A DNA stretch of 64,000 nucleotides, from positions 1,504,001 to 1,568,000 of the forward strand of contig CAVOYH010000003.1 in assembly GCA_963700635.1 (NCBI GenBank). Direction: 5' to 3'. The position numbers were made by a program, and so were the translations under genes. Source of the DNA: an uncultured Bacteroidota bacterium. Lineage in GTDB: Bacteria > Bacteroidota > Ignavibacteria > UBA10030 > UBA6906. How positions within the stretch are numbered: the first letter of the stretch is position 1; every line of letters begins with the position of its first letter. The notes beneath the pieces are model-generated. The model was not told the DNA's origin. It searched no databases and saw nothing but the letters and a program-made list of their open reading frames with translations. This document shows positions 59,711-64,000 of this stretch, piece after piece.

Positions 59711-60103
59711 TCATTCAAGATTGTCCGGACCATCCACGACACTTTCCAGGAGCCTGCGTTCGCCGAGCTTCTCGAACGATACGACGATTGCATTGCCCCC
59801 GCCGGAAGTGCGCTCTTTGGAGATGATCTTGCCGACGTCACCCCAGTCCGAATGAAAAATTGCCTCGCCGACCCGATAGGTTTGTTCGGGGTGATACTCC
59901 GCGGCTTCCGTCCGGTCGAGTTTCTTCTTTGCCGCCTCTTCAACGGCGCGAAGTTCCTCGATGTTGATCAGCGACGCATGCCGGCACCGTGTGCACCGGT
60001 ACCATGACCGGTCGGGCATCTGATCCGTGGTCCCGATGAGTTCCATCTTGGCCATCCGGTCGCAATGCGCGCAGTGCTGCAGGATATGTTTGCCTTTTGC
60101 CAT
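59711..60103 (-). CDS. Hypothetical zinc-ribbon plus Tudor/SH3-like protein
   Basis: CAHC...CTRC, then YRVGEAIFHSDWGDVGKI...VVSFEKLGERRL; AGGAGG SD; promoter TTGACA-N17-TACCTT at 60227-60199. Confidence 0.78.
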   Translation of the reverse strand: MAKGKHILQHCAHCDRMAKMELIGTTDQMPDRSWYRCTRCRHASLINIEELRAVEEAAKKKLDRTEAAEYHPEQTYRVGEAIFHSDWGDVGKIISKERTSGGGNAIVVSFEKLGERRLLESVVDGPDNLE

Positions 60104-60265
60104 GTGAGCCTCCTGCGGAACAGGTTGCAGAACGTGCCCCGGCGAGTAAACGCTGATGTCCCAGAACCTCGGGCGGGTCGAGCAGAGGGTTGCATTTCAA
60201 GGTACATATTTCCGCCGACGATGTCAAATCGTCTGAGGCCTGCGGCAGTGGTGCAGGCGGTGCGA

Positions 60266-60457
60266 TCAGGCCTGTGGCTGCTGGATGCTTCTGTGCGTCT
60301 GGGGGAGGAAGGCGGCGTGGACTGCCAGTTCCAGTTCGTTAAAGGATGAAAAGGGGAGGCCCTGGATGATCTGCCAGACGGTTTCGATGCGCAGGTTCAG
60401 GGCGCGGGCGATATAGACCGCCTCTGCATGGGTAGCGAGTCGGGTAGGTATGGCCAT
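60266..60457 (-). CDS. Small HTH-like hypothetical protein (63 aa), paralogue A
   Basis: GGAG SD; ATHAEAVYIARALNLRIETVWQIIQG; similar to the adjacent ORF. Confidence 0.7.
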   Translation of the reverse strand: MAIPTRLATHAEAVYIARALNLRIETVWQIIQGLPFSSFNELELAVHAAFLPQTHRSIQQPQA

Positions 60458-60490
60458 GTTCGATCTCCGTTATTGAATTGCCCGGTCTCT

Positions 60491-60670
60491 TTACTGGTCC
60501 GACGATGTGAACCGTTCCAGTGGCAGCGGTTTGAGGCAGATCAGGACGGCCATCACCAGCTCGGAATAGGACGCATAGTTCATCCCTCCGATGATGTCCC
60601 ACACAATCTCCACCTTCATATTCATCGAACGGGCGATTAAAATGGCGTCCGCGTGGGTTGCCTTTTTCAT
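60491..60670 (-). CDS. Small HTH-like hypothetical protein (59 aa), paralogue B
   Basis: GGGAG SD; MKKATHADAILIARSMNMKVEIVWDIIGG; 20 of 39 residues identical to paralogue A, ungapped. Confidence 0.7.
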   Translation of the reverse strand: MKKATHADAILIARSMNMKVEIVWDIIGGMNYASYSELVMAVLICLKPLPLERFTSSDQ

Positions 60671-60893
60671 GGCGATTCTCCCTGAAGAAGATGTCGACAG
60701 CAAATGCGGGTAGGGACCCGCCGTGATGTACTTCTGGTGTGTGCTGGGAATATACATCCCCCGCACAGACTGTGCTGTGCCGTGGCGCATGAACAGACAT
60801 GGCCACCAAGGGGGGGCGTGCGAAGAGACAGTAACTGTACTCAAAGTCCAGGCTAGCAGCCCCCGCACGCGTGCACATGCCGGTCGCTCCCTC

Positions 60894-60922
60894 TTGCCGC
60901 GAAGCCCGGCGTTTTGTATATT
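60894..60922 (+). promoter_or_regulatory. sigma70 promoter of tRNA-Ile2
   Basis: TTGCCG-N17-TATATT. Confidence 0.6.
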
Positions 60923-60963
60923 CTACAGAGCAGCGTCCGCGCCGCCCTTTCCAGCATTCCGAG

Positions 60964-61037
60964 GGGCCCTTAGCTCAGTTGGTTAGAGCAGCAGACTCAT
61001 AATCTGCGAGTCGTAGGTTCGAGTCCTACAGGGCCCA
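60964..61037 (+). tRNA. tRNA with CAT anticodon, most likely tRNA-Ile2 (lysidine-modified)
   Basis: GGGCCCT/AGGGCCC acceptor stem, CTCATAA loop; lacks the initiator C1:A72 mismatch and GGG/CCC anticodon stem; resembles E. coli Ile2. Confidence 0.9.
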
Positions 61038-61085
61038 CGAAGCAGTGCTCAGTTGTGCGATAGTTCCAGAAGAAACAGGCTTGGT

Positions 61086-61466
61086 ATGAAAATCCTTCTC
61101 GTCGACGATGAACGGGGGTTCCTTGATGTTATGGGAGACCTCCTGCGCGTCCACGGTTACGACGTGGTCATTGCCGAAAACGGCAAGCAGGCGCGGGAAA
61201 CCCTCGAATTTGACAGGATAGACCTTATTATCTCCGATGTCTTCATGCCGACGCTGGATGGCGTCCGGTTCCATGACTATGTGCGCGAATTCACCGACGC
61301 GCAGGAAATCCCTTTCATTTTCATGTCCGGCTACGATGACGAGCATACAAGCAATCTCGTGGTCGACCCCGAGATCGATTTCTTTTTCAGCAAAACCACG
61401 CCCATTGACAAGGTTCTCACTCTGATCGACACCCTCAACAGTAATCAGGAATCACGGAGCGCGTAG
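61086..61466 (+). CDS. Single-domain response regulator (CheY-like receiver)
   Basis: KILLVDDE, LIISDVFMP, FMSG, conserved K. Confidence 0.9.
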   Translation: MKILLVDDERGFLDVMGDLLRVHGYDVVIAENGKQARETLEFDRIDLIISDVFMPTLDGVRFHDYVREFTDAQEIPFIFMSGYDDEHTSNLVVDPEIDFFFSKTTPIDKVLTLIDTLNSNQESRSA

Positions 61467-61477
61467 CGAAGCCTTCA

Positions 61478-63283
61478 ATGGACTATCCAAACAGCGACTC
61501 GACAACCCAGAACCTCAGACCGGTCCCGGCCGCTCCTCGGCCGCCCATGGCGTCGCTCCTTGAACACCTGGTTAAAAACGGTGTCATCACGAAGCAACAG
61601 GCAATCGGAGCATCCGACTGGAAGCGAAAAAACGACAAAGACAAGCGCGGTTTTCCGGAAATCCTGGAAGAGGTGTTTCAGATTCCCCGTGAAGCTCTGC
61701 GTCAGGCAGTTGCGCAATATTATGCATTCCGGACCATAAGCCTCACAGAGCATCCCATCAGACGCCTTCTCCCTTCGGAGATACAGAAGATCATCAAGGG
61801 TTTTCCCGAACAGTCGCTGCAAAGTCTGCTCCAAATAAAACTGCTGCCGTTCGACCTGGCGGAAAACCAGCCGGACAAGGTGGTGCTTGTGACGCCGAAT
61901 CCGGCGGACCGGGAAATCCACGAACTTGCCCGTCTGTTTCCTTTCAAGCGCTTTGAAATCTGCTACATGAAGGAGAGTGAGTGGAACGACTACTGGGACC
62001 ATCTGCAGTCGGGCAAAGACAAAGTGCCGTCTCATCCGGTTGTGGCGGCGCCGACAGAGACAAGCAACGTTGATCTCGAAGCGACCATCGACAGGGAAAT
62101 TGCCCGGGGGAAAATGCAGGCCCAGCTCGACGGGGTCTTCCTGGATGCCATGCGGAGCAATGCCTCGGAGATCCATATCGTCCCACGGGGTCCACGGAAG
62201 ACCGACATTCTCTTCAGGCTCGACGGACATCTCTCGCTCTGGCATTCGATCGAGGATGTGCGGTGTGAAGCGGTTGTCACTGCCGTGAAAGAGCAATCGG
62301 TGGGTATCGACAGGTACGAACGTCACGCATCGCAGAGAGGTGTGATACAGCGGATCGTGGAGAACACGTCGATCCGGTTTTCGGTCTCTGTCATTCCCAT
62401 TGTTACGCGGGAGCCGTTGTCGCGCTACGAATCTGTTGTGATGCGTGTCTACCGTGATGCGGACGTTGTTCCACGGATAGACAAGCTGGGGCTGGATCCG
62501 TATTCGCTCCAGACCCTTCAGTCGAGACTCGCCGTGTCGCGTGGGCTCATCGTGTTTGCCGGTCTGCTCCGGGGCGGAGTTTCCGCGACGCTGACGGGCG
62601 TCGTTCATGCGATCATGAAAAGCGCGATCAACATTGTGGTCGTGCAGGAACATGTCGAGTACATCATCGATGGCACGCGTCAGGTCAAGGTGAATCCGCG
62701 TCTGACGATGCACGACGCGCTGGACGTGATACTGGACCAGGATCCCGATGTTGTCGTCCTCGGGGATCTCACCGAGCAGTCAGTGGCTACAATAGCGCTC
62801 AAACTGGCGAATACTGGCCATCTTGTTCTTGCGCGCATTTCTGCCCGCAACGCCGCCAACGGACTGGCCCATCTCGTCGAAACAACGGGCTCCGCATTTC
62901 ATGTTTCGGAGTCTGTCTCAGCCGTTATTGCACAGCATCCGATACGGACGATTTGTGAGCGGTGCAGAAAGCCGATGCCTGATGGGGCAAGCCGGCTGCA
63001 GGCGTTGAACATCGAGCACACTACGGAGAATCTCGCTCTCCACAGGCCAGTCGGATGCATCAACTGCCACCAGGGATACGTTGGAAGACGGGTACTTTAC
63101 GAAGCACTCAACATGAGCCCTGCGGTGCGGTCGGTTCTGCTCAGCCAGCAGAAGCGGGTCGACCAGGAGGCGCTGGAAGCGGCGGCGGTCGCGGACGGTA
63201 TGGTACCGATGCGCAGCCAGGCTATTGAGCGTCTTCTCCGTGGTGGAACAAGCATCGAGGAAATGCTCCAGTTTTTGCGCTGA
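61478..63283 (+). CDS. PilB/GspE-family secretion ATPase homologue with degenerate catalytic motifs
   Basis: MshEN-like N-terminus, NASEIHI, FRLDG, QDPDVVVLG, TGHLVL, CERC...GCINC, GYVGR; the Walker A position reads GLLRGGVS. Confidence 0.85.
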   Translation: MDYPNSDSTTQNLRPVPAAPRPPMASLLEHLVKNGVITKQQAIGASDWKRKNDKDKRGFPEILEEVFQIPREALRQAVAQYYAFRTISLTEHPIRRLLPSEIQKIIKGFPEQSLQSLLQIKLLPFDLAENQPDKVVLVTPNPADREIHELARLFPFKRFEICYMKESEWNDYWDHLQSGKDKVPSHPVVAAPTETSNVDLEATIDREIARGKMQAQLDGVFLDAMRSNASEIHIVPRGPRKTDILFRLDGHLSLWHSIEDVRCEAVVTAVKEQSVGIDRYERHASQRGVIQRIVENTSIRFSVSVIPIVTREPLSRYESVVMRVYRDADVVPRIDKLGLDPYSLQTLQSRLAVSRGLIVFAGLLRGGVSATLTGVVHAIMKSAINIVVVQEHVEYIIDGTRQVKVNPRLTMHDALDVILDQDPDVVVLGDLTEQSVATIALKLANTGHLVLARISARNAANGLAHLVETTGSAFHVSESVSAVIAQHPIRTICERCRKPMPDGASRLQALNIEHTTENLALHRPVGCINCHQGYVGRRVLYEALNMSPAVRSVLLSQQKRVDQEALEAAAVADGMVPMRSQAIERLLRGGTSIEEMLQFLR

Positions 63284-63372
63284 CATCAACCTCTTCCACA
63301 TTCCAGATCCCTTCCCGGAGCCCGATCTCCGAGTTCCCCCCATATCGCTCGTCCATACATACAATTTCACAC

Positions 63373-63415
63373 GGTAAGAATTACCTCCGGGGTAACAGAG
63401 TTACACCCTCGTAAC
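63373..63415. promoter_or_regulatory. Array of GTAA/TTAC half-sites, putative enhancer (bEBP binding sites)
   Basis: GGTAAGAATTACC, GTAACAGAGTTAC and GTTAC-N6-GTAAC, about 55-95 bp upstream of the sigma54 site. Confidence 0.55.
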
Positions 63416-63468
63416 GCGTCCCGTCTCGATGTGCCCGGAAAAGACAAGATTTCCCCTCCCCACGCTGT

Positions 63469-63484
63469 TGGCATGGTGCTTGCA
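63469..63484 (+). promoter_or_regulatory. sigma54 (-24/-12) promoter
   Basis: TGGCATGGTGCTTGCA: GG-N10-GC, a one-mismatch fit to TGGCACGNNNNTTGCW. Confidence 0.8.
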
Positions 63485-63558
63485 CCTCTAGAGCTCAACG
63501 AACGAAGTCGCTTTGCGCTAGTTCAACATCACCACCAACATACATAAAGGAGCTTCAC

Positions 63559-63969
63559 ATGGGACAGCAGCAACTTTTGCTCATCATCCTTGGCGTTATC
63601 GTCGTCGGTATCGCCGTGGCCGTTGGTATCACCATGTTTACGGACAACGCAGTGAGTGCGAACCGTGATGCAGTGACCAACGATCTGGTCAACCTGGCCG
63701 CCCGTGCGCAGCAGTTCTATCGCCGCCCGACCGCTCTTGGTGGTGGTGGCAACTCATTTGTCGGACTGACCGCCGATGCCGCAGGTCTGCGCAAGCTGAC
63801 CAACCGTGGTTCGAACGCCAACGGCGCCTATACGATCACATCGGCCGGTACGGCGACAGGGGTTACGCTTCACGGTGTCGGTACCGAAGTGGCCGATGGT
63901 ACGAACTATGTAACCATGGATATCTTTGTCTCCAATACCAAAGCTGATAGTGTGGTCATTATTCACTGA
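63559..63969 (+). CDS. Type IV pilin-like protein with atypical N-terminus
   Basis: AAGGAG SD; MGQQQ then ~22 hydrophobic residues, amphipathic helix ending DLVNLAARAQQFY, small beta-rich C-terminal domain; follows a PilB homologue and a sigma54 promoter. Confidence 0.7.
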   Translation: MGQQQLLLIILGVIVVGIAVAVGITMFTDNAVSANRDAVTNDLVNLAARAQQFYRRPTALGGGGNSFVGLTADAAGLRKLTNRGSNANGAYTITSAGTATGVTLHGVGTEVADGTNYVTMDIFVSNTKADSVVIIH

Positions 63970-64000
63970 TGCTGTGCACCAATCGTGGGGGCCTCCATAC

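Noticed and set aside
60964-61085. tRNA-Ile2 as the integration site of a genomic island
   Set aside because: No integrase, no duplicated tRNA 3' end and no clear compositional break in the window.
63559-63969. Pilin as a conductive e-pilus partner of the multiheme cytochrome
   Set aside because: Aromatic content is low and the genes are ~27 kb apart; nothing in the sequence links them.

Overview
GC-rich (roughly 60% by eye) chromosomal core segment, most consistent with an Ignavibacteria/Chlorobi-like lineage of the Bacteroidota superphylum. The clues are the lpxC-fabZ fusion, tandem skp genes, a T9SS C-terminal sorting domain, a Bacteroidota-type 'histone H1', E. coli-like sigma70 promoters and Shine-Dalgarno use. 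The first half holds pbp1A (partial), lpxH, an MFS transporter, nusB, an iron/B12-type ABC pair, obgE, a ~1200-aa TPR protein, sdhCAB, ftsX, recR/ybaB, the uppS-bamA-skp-skp-lpxD-lpxC/fabZ-lpxA-lipoate ligase-panB-surE operon and a complete rrn operon (16S-Ile-Ala-23S-5S). The second half holds a multiheme cytochrome c with a T9SS tail, pstSCAB1B2-phoU, a frameshifted clpC, aat, purC, a hybrid histidine kinase, fur-feoA-feoB, a deoxyhypusine-synthase-like gene, rpsU, tRNA-Ile2 and the start of a type IV pilus-like locus. No mobile element or CRISPR array was seen. Most unusual observations: (1) a PilB/GspE homologue that has lost its catalytic motifs, next to a sigma54-driven pilin-like gene with a non-canonical MG|QQQL N-terminus; (2) two PstB paralogues with complementary motif losses, predicting a heterodimer with one active and one dead ATPase site; (3) a heptaheme cytochrome apparently secreted by T9SS; (4) tandem ~60-aa HTH-like paralogues; (5) a stand-alone HisKA microprotein; (6) mirror-image GC skew flanking the rRNA operon. 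All calls come from manual motif reading; no database searches were run.
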